DNA of 64,000 bases from Vicinamibacterales bacterium. Lineage in GTDB: Bacteria > Acidobacteriota > Vicinamibacteria > Vicinamibacterales > SCN-69-37. Shown here piece by piece: positions 1 through 8,328 of this stretch (positions are counted from its first letter, which is position 1; each line of letters starts with the position of its first letter). The stretch is from the NCBI GenBank assembly GCA_035606665.1, contig DATNEY010000026.1, positions 215,575-279,574 of the forward strand, read 5' to 3'. A program made the position numbers and the translations under genes. The notes under the pieces are model-generated. The model was given only the letters and a program-made list of their open reading frames with translations. It searched no databases and was not told the DNA's origin.

Positions 1-367
1 CGTTGCAGGTGGCCGGCCGTCTGGATCGAGTCCGGGAGGTGGCCGCAAATGTCTCCGACTGGACGTCGGTCGTCGACCTCGGTCGCCCGGAGGCGGCGCT
101 GTAATGCCGAGCGCCGCGTCCGTCCAGGTAACCGAGGTCCTGAGGCAGCGATATTTTCCTATCATGTCCGCGCTTTCGAACAACTGGACTCCGGAGCAAC
201 ACGAAAAGAATCGCCTAAGCCGGTCTCTTGCCGCCTTCGCCATAGAGGAGTTCGGCGGGTTGGTTCCGGCCCAAGCCGCATACAAGGTATGTGACGGCGG
301 GAACTTAGGGGTATTACAATCATCCAACTACTCAGCTGGTTTTGCTGAGAGCCTATAGAGGTGTGAC

Positions 368-1585
368 ATGACGGGTCTTGGACCGTTAGCGATCTCGATC
401 CTGCTTGTCGCAGTCACCGTTGGCCAGACATCCACGCAGAATGGTGAACTAGTCCGGGCAGCTTCGGACCTCGCGGCGCGCATTGCAGCCCTCGCTCCTG
501 GCACCACCGTCGGCGTGGTCGATTTCACGGATCTGCAGGGTCGGAAGACGGAACTGGGGCGCTCCCTCTCAGAGGAGTTGTCCGTTGCTCTAGTCAATAC
601 TTCCAAAGGCCTTCGGATCATCGATCGCGCCAACATCCGTGAGTTGCTCGCCGAGCAGAAACTGGCACAACAAGGAGTCATTGATGAAAGGACTGCGGCC
701 CAACTGGGTAAGATCGCGGGTCTGAGGGTTGTGATCACCGGAATAGTCAGAACTGAGACCTCTGACACGGCCCGAGTAACGCTGAAGGCCGTTGATACTC
801 AAACGGCGGAGACTCTCGCAGCCGCAGCGCTCACCATGCCGATCTCAATGGCTTCGCGACTGGACAGAGACCTCCTTGACCCGCCGCGGGTGTCGAATGC
901 CGCGCCGAATGTTCGGCCGTTTCAGAATGCCTTTCTGACGATGACTGCGGATTCCGCAACTTTCTCAGCGTCTTCCGGGCCAGCGGAGGCATCCGTCAAT
1001 TTGTCATTCGTGATCGAAAGCAGGACATCCGCCGAAGAGCTTCTTCTCTGCGTGGAAAAAAACCTCGTTGATGACCGGGGGACCGACTGGACCCTAGTCA
1101 AAGGCACCAGCCTTGCCGCATTAGCTGAAGGGTACAACGTTACGTACAGTTCAAGCGGCGGCAACACATTCGACCTGGCAGCTCACACTAGGCTGCCGCC
1201 AGGTGTCCGCGAGACCGTGTTCATGCGGTTCAATGGTGATCGCTCACAATCGCGTCCTGCGACCGTGGACCTGTCGATGAAGTGTTACCGAAGGCGCGGG
1301 AACGTCGACGAACCGTTTTCGATCACGATCTCGAGGATACCCATCGGCGGGACCGCTCCGGGCCGACCGGTGGTGTTCTGTGGTGCTTGCGGCCAATCGA
1401 ATCTAGATAGGTTACGTTCGTGCGCGTTTTGCGGTGCGCCGCTGTCTGCCACGTCTGAGCTGGCCTCCGCCGCCACCATCGTCGGTCTCGCTTCGGGTGC
1501 CAGAGAGTCGTCCGGAAGTCGAGCAGCGTCGATTCGCAGTTCATTGTCGAGAGCCTTCGACCTGACCAGTGACGCGCTTGAATAG
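368..1585 (+). CDS. Lipoprotein with FlgO/CsgG/LpoB-like (TolB-N-like) periplasmic domain and C-terminal zinc ribbon (CGACG...CAFCG)
   Basis: Signal-peptide-like N-terminus. Conserved block VGVVDFTDLQGRKTELGRSLSEEL...DRANIRELLAEQKL...GKIAGLRVVITG is shared with four paralogs in this window. C-terminal CxxC-x13-CxxC. Confidence 0.6.
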   Translation: MTGLGPLAISILLVAVTVGQTSTQNGELVRAASDLAARIAALAPGTTVGVVDFTDLQGRKTELGRSLSEELSVALVNTSKGLRIIDRANIRELLAEQKLAQQGVIDERTAAQLGKIAGLRVVITGIVRTETSDTARVTLKAVDTQTAETLAAAALTMPISMASRLDRDLLDPPRVSNAAPNVRPFQNAFLTMTADSATFSASSGPAEASVNLSFVIESRTSAEELLLCVEKNLVDDRGTDWTLVKGTSLAALAEGYNVTYSSSGGNTFDLAAHTRLPPGVRETVFMRFNGDRSQSRPATVDLSMKCYRRRGNVDEPFSITISRIPIGGTAPGRPVVFCGACGQSNLDRLRSCAFCGAPLSATSELASAATIVGLASGARESSGSRAASIRSSLSRAFDLTSDALE

Positions 1586-1602
1586 ACGACGACAGCAAGC
1601 CG

Positions 1603-4035
1603 CTATTCAATCGTGATCGGCTCTTGTGCCAGTGCAAGACGGACTGAGCGGCGCGTGTCTGAAATGGGACCGTACCAGATCGCCACACTGAGCAGCATCT
1701 GACCCTTCGGCCACTGCGACTTTAGAGTCAAGATCCGTTCGACGGTGCTTGCGCCAACGGCGATCGTCGCTTCTTGGTCCTCGGTGGCATCGTAGAAATA
1801 GCGGTCGCCCCTCGACAAGTCGGCACCAAGCCACCCATCGAAACCGAATGGCAGCCCACTGTGCGCCTTGTAGATTAGGCGGAGAACAGAACCCTGAGGA
1901 ACGGAGCCATCACGCTGACTCTTGAATAGACGGTCTTCCTTCTCCTTCGCCGCGCGCGATGCGACGCCGTCGAAGCCGGCGTCGACGCGTGGCGACCCGT
2001 CCTCATTCGTGTCGTAGAGGCCCTCCAAGATCGGGCCGCGCGGGCGTTTTGCGCCCTCCAACACTGTCGAGCGGCCCAGACTCAACTTCACAAGCGCCGT
2101 ACCCGTCGCGGCGCGGATAGCCTCGTCTCGCTTTCTAGCAAGCCATTCGTAACGGTACGCTCCATCGGGTCTTATCGAGCGCGCCTTCAGGAACTCTCGC
2201 AGGTCCAGTAACCCGATTGCGTCACCGGGTATTTCGCCGTGATCTAGCGAGACCTGCGGCCACAGGTATTTGCGCCACAGTCTCTTGGCCAGGTCACGCC
2301 GATGCTCGCAGGGGAGCTGTTGCCACACTGCGTCGAACCGGCGTCCCAGCTCACTCACCGTGGATGACAGAGACTGGACATCCCGATTGGCCGGTAACTC
2401 GGCCTGCAGGCCGGCGCAAAAACAACTCGCGAACTTCGTACGGACCTCATCGAGAACCGTGTCGCCCATCCCACCGCCAGGAAGGTTGGCCATCGGTGGG
2501 AATTCGCAACGAGCCCACGCGCTACAGCAAGCATCCAGCACGTCGTGGCCAGACACTAGCCGTAACGGCGCAAGGGAAACGGCAACAAACTCGCGTTCAT
2601 CATGCTTGGCCTGTCTTTCTTCGGCTTCACGTCGCAACACGTCCTCGGCCTCTGCCGCTCGGTGCTGCGCCTCCAGCAGGAGTTGGTAATCACCCCACGT
2701 TGTCCGCGGGTCAAGTTTCAGCCAGTCCAAGTACCGATCCAAATCGATGTGCTTCAGCACGACCTCTCGGAGTAACTCGCCCTCCTCGGAGGTGACGGGG
2801 CTTGAAAGTCGGTCTCGCATTACGGGAAGCCGCGAAGCCATCCAGGACTCGGTGACGAAGAGCCGATCGGGCCCCTTGTTGCATCCGTCAAAAAACGCTG
2901 CGATGACCTGCTCGACACCGAGCCCGCCACGAAGCTGGTCAAAGGTCACTGGACCTATGGATTCCGTCGAATTCTTCCCCGTCTTTCTATTCGCTTCAAT
3001 TCTCGCCTTGATCCGTGCTCTTGTTGCAGTTTCCGTTTTTCTATTCGCTGCAATTCTCGCTTCAATCCGTGCTCTCGTTGCAGTCTCGCCGCTCGGAGGC
3101 GACGCTTCGCTCTTGATCGCCGCGCCATCGAGTAACTCGCGCACTTGCGTTGCTCCAGGGCGCTCAGCCGGGTTCTTGGCAAGGAGTAGCGCTACTAGCT
3201 GGGCCAGTTCTTCTGACGCACCAACCAACCTGTCTGGTACTCGATGCAGGATCTGCGTCGCTATGTCGCCCGTCGAAAAGGGAGGTGCGCCGCTGACCAT
3301 TTCGTAGAGCGTCGCGCCGAGGGCGTACCAGTCGCTGGTTGGCCCAGCTTTGCCCATCACCGCTTCGGGTGCCATGTAGGCCAGCGTGCCCGACGTGTCG
3401 AGTCGTGACACCCGACTCAATGAGTCTCGAACCTCACGCGCGAGCCCGAAGTCCGCGAGCTTGACCGTGCCTTCTGGTCCCAGGAGCACGTTGGCGGGCT
3501 TCACATCGCGATGGAGCACGCCTTTTGCGTGAGCATAGGCAAGCGCTGCGGCTATTTGCGCGCCGACCCGTCGCGCGTCTCGGTCGTCGAGTCGGCGGTG
3601 ACGCAGAAGCAGGGCGGCGAGCGAGACGCCCTCGACATACTCCATCACCAGAAACTTGATCGGCCCCTGCGCCTCGAAGTGGAACATGCGCACGATATCC
3701 TCGTGCGCCAGTTCCATCGACGTCCGAGCCTCAATCTTGAGCCGATCGACTGCGCCGGTATCCTGGCTCAGGACATCCCGCAGGCGCTTAATCGCGCGCG
3801 GCTTCTTCAGCTCAACATCCTCAGCGAGGTAGACTTCACCTGTCGCCCCAGCGCCGATCAGCCGCTCGATGCGATACCGCCCACTGAGGAGCGCGCCGGT
3901 CGCCAGTCCAAGTTGCGTCGGATGCGCGTCGAGTGGATCCATCGGCGCCGCGCTGGCCGATGCAAGCTTGTGCCCACAGCGTCCGCAAAATGAAGTATCG
4001 TCAGGACTCGGCGCGCCGCATCTACGACACAACAT
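1603..4035 (-). CDS. Multidomain Ser/Thr protein kinase: N-terminal zinc ribbon, Hanks-type kinase, 18-aa tandem repeat, ~450-aa C-terminal domain of unknown function
   Basis: CRRCG...CGRCG zinc ribbon. Kinase motifs GAGATGEVY, AIK, HRDVKPANVLL, DFGLAR, APE. Confidence 0.9.
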   Translation of the reverse strand: MLCRRCGAPSPDDTSFCGRCGHKLASASAAPMDPLDAHPTQLGLATGALLSGRYRIERLIGAGATGEVYLAEDVELKKPRAIKRLRDVLSQDTGAVDRLKIEARTSMELAHEDIVRMFHFEAQGPIKFLVMEYVEGVSLAALLLRHRRLDDRDARRVGAQIAAALAYAHAKGVLHRDVKPANVLLGPEGTVKLADFGLAREVRDSLSRVSRLDTSGTLAYMAPEAVMGKAGPTSDWYALGATLYEMVSGAPPFSTGDIATQILHRVPDRLVGASEELAQLVALLLAKNPAERPGATQVRELLDGAAIKSEASPPSGETATRARIEARIAANRKTETATRARIKARIEANRKTGKNSTESIGPVTFDQLRGGLGVEQVIAAFFDGCNKGPDRLFVTESWMASRLPVMRDRLSSPVTSEEGELLREVVLKHIDLDRYLDWLKLDPRTTWGDYQLLLEAQHRAAEAEDVLRREAEERQAKHDEREFVAVSLAPLRLVSGHDVLDACCSAWARCEFPPMANLPGGGMGDTVLDEVRTKFASCFCAGLQAELPANRDVQSLSSTVSELGRRFDAVWQQLPCEHRRDLAKRLWRKYLWPQVSLDHGEIPGDAIGLLDLREFLKARSIRPDGAYRYEWLARKRDEAIRAATGTALVKLSLGRSTVLEGAKRPRGPILEGLYDTNEDGSPRVDAGFDGVASRAAKEKEDRLFKSQRDGSVPQGSVLRLIYKAHSGLPFGFDGWLGADLSRGDRYFYDATEDQEATIAVGASTVERILTLKSQWPKGQMLLSVAIWYGPISDTRRSVRLALAQEPITIE
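2984..3091. repeat. 54-bp x2 tandem duplication inside the kinase gene, encoding ATRARIEARIAANRKTET / ATRARIKARIEANRKTGK
   Basis: Two near-identical 54-nt units (tttctattcgc..gcagt) visible directly in the sequence. Confidence 0.8.
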
Positions 4036-4057
4036 CGTGGCCCATTTTGCCTCGACA

Positions 4058-4753
4058 CTACCGGCTCAGATCAATCCGGCTCAATTGACACGTGGAATCG
4101 GTGTGGAAGACAGCGAGGATGCTCACACGCCGCTCCTTCGCGAGGTCGGCGTTCGAAACTCCGAGTGCACGCTTCTGCGCGTCGGAAGTTCCCAGTTGCC
4201 GGAAGGCGGTGAGCGTGTTTCCTCGCCTAAGCCACCCTTGCAGCAAGGGTGAATGCGAATCTGAGTAGCTGGCGACCACGACGCAATCGTCCGGCATGCG
4301 GAGCTCGTTCACCAGGTAGTTCCGGACAGCCATGGCCCGGTCTTCGGCGAGTTGCTGGTTTCGTTTCCCCTCGGGCGACGCGTATCCAATGACCTGAAGA
4401 TGATTCGCTCCTCTTTCTCGGCTCTGTGCGCGGGCCCTGGCACTCTGCACAACCTGCTGAGCTACGCGGGCCACCGCCTGTGCGGTGTCAGGCGTCAGAG
4501 CAGATTGTCCGGCTTCGAAGAACCCCTGACCGGTGTTCTTCTCCGAAATGTCAATCAGCGTAGTCGGCAGAGTCGAGCGTGCCTTGCTCACATCCCGCCA
4601 ACCCAAAGCTGCGACGAGCAGGAACATCGCAAATAGCGAGAGCACGAGGGCCGCGCCCGGTCCAAAGTCATCATCCTCATGCGTTCCGACTTGCGGCGGG
4701 AGGCTCACCGAGATCCCAGTAACAGAAAGAGCAGCGTGAGACCAGACGCGCAC
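4058..4753 (-). CDS. MotB/OmpA-like protein: N-terminal TM with a conserved-Asp plug-like motif (DDDFGPGAALVLSLFAMFLLV) plus an OmpA-like peptidoglycan-binding C-terminal domain
   Basis: OmpA_C signature VIGYASPEGKRNQQLAEDRAMAVRNYL. TM segment with an acidic residue at its N-terminal edge as in MotB/ZorB/TolR. Start likely downstream of 4753 (alternative start), since it overlaps the upstream gene. Confidence 0.7.
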   Translation of the reverse strand: MRVWSHAALSVTGISVSLPPQVGTHEDDDFGPGAALVLSLFAMFLLVAALGWRDVSKARSTLPTTLIDISEKNTGQGFFEAGQSALTPDTAQAVARVAQQVVQSARARAQSRERGANHLQVIGYASPEGKRNQQLAEDRAMAVRNYLVNELRMPDDCVVVASYSDSHSPLLQGWLRRGNTLTAFRQLGTSDAQKRALGVSNADLAKERRVSILAVFHTDSTCQLSRIDLSR

Positions 4754-6183
4754 GCTAGAGCGACGAGTGCGTGCGGGACAAAACGAAACACACCGCTTCC
4801 CAGGTGTAATGACGTCATGTCTCTGACGCCGGTAACATCGCGATGGACGCTTGCGATCTCGGACTTCAGTGCGAACACGGCGTGATCCTGCGACATGTCG
4901 ATCTGTTTCGAAATCTGCCTGGCCATTCCAGCGATAGTCCCGACGTCGTAATAGGTATTGAGCTTTTTCAAGAACTCGTCATGCGACTGCGAGATCCCGT
5001 CCAGGAAGCCATCGAGCTTTGCCTTGGCGCCGCCTAGGCTTTCCAGACCTGCTTCAATGGTCTTCGCCTGCTCAGCGATGGCGCTTGCCAAGGTCACGAT
5101 GCCTTCCTTCACCGTCAGGGTCTGCTCCTGCAACCGGGCACTGACATGCTGCAGCGAAGCGAGCAGTTCGTCATTGTTCAGCGAGTTACTCGCCAACGCA
5201 ATCATGGTCGCCGTCGCTTCGTCCAGCTTCCGAAAATATGCGAATTGCTTCTTTCGAACCGACGAGAGCAGCATCGCGCCAAACACGGACACCGATAATC
5301 CGCCGACGCTGGCACCGAACGCGAGAAGCAGGCCATCTAGGACCTTTCGAATCGCGCCCTCGTCGGAAGCGGTGTCGTCAATCGCCTCAGCCGGCATTCC
5401 GGGTTCCGCGATGGCTTGAGCAGCGACGTGCTGCGGCGCTTCGCTGGATGCGATCATGGCCGGGACTGCGTTGATGACGAGCACAAGTCCAATAAAGTGA
5501 CAGAGGATTCCAAGCCGCAAGGCGGTGCGTTGAACGGCCTCCAGTCTCAGCGTGGACTCCATGCTTTCGCGCTGGTACGGTTCGATCAGGTTAATGGTCG
5601 ATTCGAAACGCCGGTCCATGGCCTCGGCGCAGATTCTCTGAAAAAGACGCAGACTGGCAGGTTTGGGATTGTCCGGGTTGTCGGGAAGGTGGAGGCTCTC
5701 GAGATGTGCCACATTCACCCGAGTTCTGGGATCGCGTCGAATCTGCTGCAGGGCCTGCGCCGCACTCTTCTCAACGTGCTGAGCGATCGCCAGATTCACT
5801 CCCAGATCAGCCAGCGCAGAACGGGCATGCGAAACTGCGCGAAACGCCAACAGAAATATCGGGACTGCTCCCCAGGCCACGATGAAATGGACGACATCAA
5901 CTGGTCCGGCAAACGTCGGCCGTGCTCGTGTCAGCGTCCAGGGGACTGCGATGACACCACAGACCGCGAGCAGCAGCACGCCGACGGCGACGAGGCTCCC
6001 GAACCGAGGGTTATCCTCACCGAAGAAGGCACTGCGTCGATAGTCCCGCACCGTCATTCGTGCGCGGCGCGTCGTCGGGTTCTGGTGCGACGTCTGGTCT
6101 TCGCTCGGAGACGACGCTGGTGGCTGATCGGTCTGTTCCATGCTAGTTCTCGTCTTCCGTGTCAGGCGCCGCCGGCGTTCCAA
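4705..6183 (-). CDS. Polytopic membrane protein with MotA/TolQ/ExbB-like topology (TM1-2, cytoplasmic loop, TM3-4) followed by a ~140-aa helical tail and an extra C-terminal TM
   Basis: Hydrophobic segments at about aa 63-85, 100-120, 215-240, 285-310 and 465-490. The TM3/TM4 sequences (IGLVLVIN; AFGASVGGLSVSVFGAML) are reminiscent of ExbB/MotA. It sits immediately upstream of the MotB-like gene. Confidence 0.45.
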   Translation of the reverse strand: MERRRRLTRKTRTSMEQTDQPPASSPSEDQTSHQNPTTRRARMTVRDYRRSAFFGEDNPRFGSLVAVGVLLLAVCGVIAVPWTLTRARPTFAGPVDVVHFIVAWGAVPIFLLAFRAVSHARSALADLGVNLAIAQHVEKSAAQALQQIRRDPRTRVNVAHLESLHLPDNPDNPKPASLRLFQRICAEAMDRRFESTINLIEPYQRESMESTLRLEAVQRTALRLGILCHFIGLVLVINAVPAMIASSEAPQHVAAQAIAEPGMPAEAIDDTASDEGAIRKVLDGLLLAFGASVGGLSVSVFGAMLLSSVRKKQFAYFRKLDEATATMIALASNSLNNDELLASLQHVSARLQEQTLTVKEGIVTLASAIAEQAKTIEAGLESLGGAKAKLDGFLDGISQSHDEFLKKLNTYYDVGTIAGMARQISKQIDMSQDHAVFALKSEIASVHRDVTGVRDMTSLHLGSGVFRFVPHALVALACASGLTLLFLLLGSR

Positions 6184-8314
6184 GCGCTCGAGTCGTGGGG
6201 GCAGGGCCGATCTGGAATGTCGGATCCATCGGCGTCATGATTGAACCTGTGCCGCGCTCGCGGTAGAGCGCCTCCAGATCCGCTTTGACCAGCTTCTTCC
6301 TGGCGTCGATCTCGGCCACCCTCTCGGTATCGCCCTCCACATACGCATTGCGCAGTTGGCTCGAAAGGTCATTCAGGATCAACTCAAAATCCCTCGTCTC
6401 GTTCTCCCAGTTCCGCAAAGGCCGGCCGACAGACTCGTCGTGGCGGAACCAATGAACGATCGCGATGCCAAGTCCAAGGTCCCGCGCGAGTCGCTCATTG
6501 ACCCAGCGTTCGGCGTGAACAACCACATCTCTGCTTGACGCAGAGACAAAGGTGCGTAGGTTCAAGCTGGAGTACTCGTTGATGAACGAGGCAACATGCT
6601 CGCGAACCGTTTCGGCCACGCGTTCGGGCGTCGGTCTCTTCTTCCGGAATTGCGAAAAATGCGTACCGGAAATGCTATTCACAGATGCGCGCACATCGAC
6701 GATGATCTTCGTATTAGGGTCTTCAACTCCTTTCAGGGCCAAGGGCGTCTCGACCAGGAGCTGGTAAGCTTTCATCAATTCGTCCTGACGAGGCGTAAAG
6801 TGAACAAGCGGTTCACTGTCCGGCTTGAATGGCTCACAGGCCGCTCTAATCGCTGACTCGAGCCGCGTCGCCACTGACACTTCGGACGAGCTCCCGTCGC
6901 CGAATAGGCGCAGGTAGAATTCCTCGGGGCTCGTCTTCCGAAGCTCCGCCGCCACGGTCGAGCGAATGCGTTCTTCGACCGTCTGGCGGATCCCGGTGTT
7001 CTTCTTGAATAGCGTGCCGAGCACTGACCGGTCGCCAATGCGCAGCCGCGTCTCGATATCCAGTACTACTTCGCACTCGCGTGACGCGAGTGGGAACGTT
7101 GCGTTTTCAATCGTGCATTCGAAGCCGCGCTGGAGAACGTCGAAATCAAGATTCGTCTGCAACACGAGCCGTGTCGCTGGCGCGTAGCCGATGTTTCGAG
7201 CCGCAGCTCGAATGGCCTCTTCCGTGTCATGAATCTTGTCGTCAAAGCAATCAAAGAGATCGACATAGTAGACGTCGAGAAGATGATGAGTAATAGCCTC
7301 CCGCACCGTCCTGCGAGCCCACGAATCGAGGTCGTCGTGATCGACACCGCTGCTCATCAACAAACCGAGATCCACGAGCTCGATTCGCAATGCGACATCA
7401 ACTTCGACTGGATCGGGATAGTCCAACTGCCGAAACTGCTCCTTGGTGATATCGATCTCGAACGAGCGCTGCACGCCGGCGACTGGCGGCTTCACGTCGA
7501 TCATGAGGCGAGCGACCTCGCGTCCCGCAGGTGCCGCCACAGCGGTAGCGACGGCTTCGACCATCGCTTTCAGCCGACCCTGGCTCTCGAACTGCCAGAG
7601 ATGGAGGCCGACCTGTGTTCGGAATAGGTCCCGCATCTCTCGCCTGAGCGTGTCTTCGACGATGTCACGACGGCCGGTAGGCATGAACGCGAGAACCGAG
7701 CCGGGCGCCAGGCGAAGATCGAGATCAAGCGACAGCTCCAGGTCCGGTTTGTAATCCCGGAGCACCACCGGCATTTTCGGAGCCCGAATCTCGAGTACCT
7801 CCTTGGCCTCGGCTTCGCCGCGAATCAGGATCTCAGCGCTCATAACTTGAAGGAGTGCTTCATCCTTGGCAACCTTGACGATGTGGGCTTTGAGGGGCTC
7901 CCTGAATCGGCCGAAGCTCTCGATAAACTGAGCGGGTGTTACGTTGCGGTCACCCATGAACCCGCCAATCCATCGATTGATGAGTATCTCGACAGCCCGG
8001 TCCGGATTGGGCGCCTCCCTCACCAGATCGACGAGCCTGCGCGCGTCGGCTTCCGTGTGGCCGGCAAACTGCAGCGCCAGGGATATCTGGAGCGGGAGCC
8101 GCCAGTCGCGCTCTGGAGCGTCGATGTCGCGGTCGATTCTGATGTTGGCCCACCCGGAATGAGCCTGCGGCCGGGTCACACAATAGAACCACTTTTCCGA
8201 GAACCAGCCACCAGCAACGGAGGCTTCGACGACGATTCCGTCAATCGCCGCCTCGTGTTTCTCGGACCGGTCGATTCTTCGAATAATCGGGTCCATTTGG
8301 AAATTGGTCGACAT
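6143..8314 (-). CDS. Hypothetical 723-aa cytoplasmic protein (possible SPFH-like repeats, unverified)
   Basis: Long ORF with high GC3 and no recognisable catalytic motif. Co-directional with, and overlapping, the flanking genes. Confidence 0.65.
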   Translation of the reverse strand: MSTNFQMDPIIRRIDRSEKHEAAIDGIVVEASVAGGWFSEKWFYCVTRPQAHSGWANIRIDRDIDAPERDWRLPLQISLALQFAGHTEADARRLVDLVREAPNPDRAVEILINRWIGGFMGDRNVTPAQFIESFGRFREPLKAHIVKVAKDEALLQVMSAEILIRGEAEAKEVLEIRAPKMPVVLRDYKPDLELSLDLDLRLAPGSVLAFMPTGRRDIVEDTLRREMRDLFRTQVGLHLWQFESQGRLKAMVEAVATAVAAPAGREVARLMIDVKPPVAGVQRSFEIDITKEQFRQLDYPDPVEVDVALRIELVDLGLLMSSGVDHDDLDSWARRTVREAITHHLLDVYYVDLFDCFDDKIHDTEEAIRAAARNIGYAPATRLVLQTNLDFDVLQRGFECTIENATFPLASRECEVVLDIETRLRIGDRSVLGTLFKKNTGIRQTVEERIRSTVAAELRKTSPEEFYLRLFGDGSSSEVSVATRLESAIRAACEPFKPDSEPLVHFTPRQDELMKAYQLLVETPLALKGVEDPNTKIIVDVRASVNSISGTHFSQFRKKRPTPERVAETVREHVASFINEYSSLNLRTFVSASSRDVVVHAERWVNERLARDLGLGIAIVHWFRHDESVGRPLRNWENETRDFELILNDLSSQLRNAYVEGDTERVAEIDARKKLVKADLEALYRERGTGSIMTPMDPTFQIGPAPTTRALGTPAAPDTEDEN

Positions 8315-8328
8315 GGCGCTCGCGCTCC

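Noticed and set aside
104-358. 84-aa ORF at the window start
   Set aside because: Mixed GC3, it overlaps the putative promoter/TTAGGGGTAT motif of the downstream gene, and no homology was recognised. May be non-coding leader.
1323-1688. 121-aa minus ORF and other 60-120-aa ORFs scattered through the track
   Set aside because: They overlap long, motif-supported genes in other frames. Arg/Ala/Pro-rich translations expected from random frames in ~68% GC DNA.
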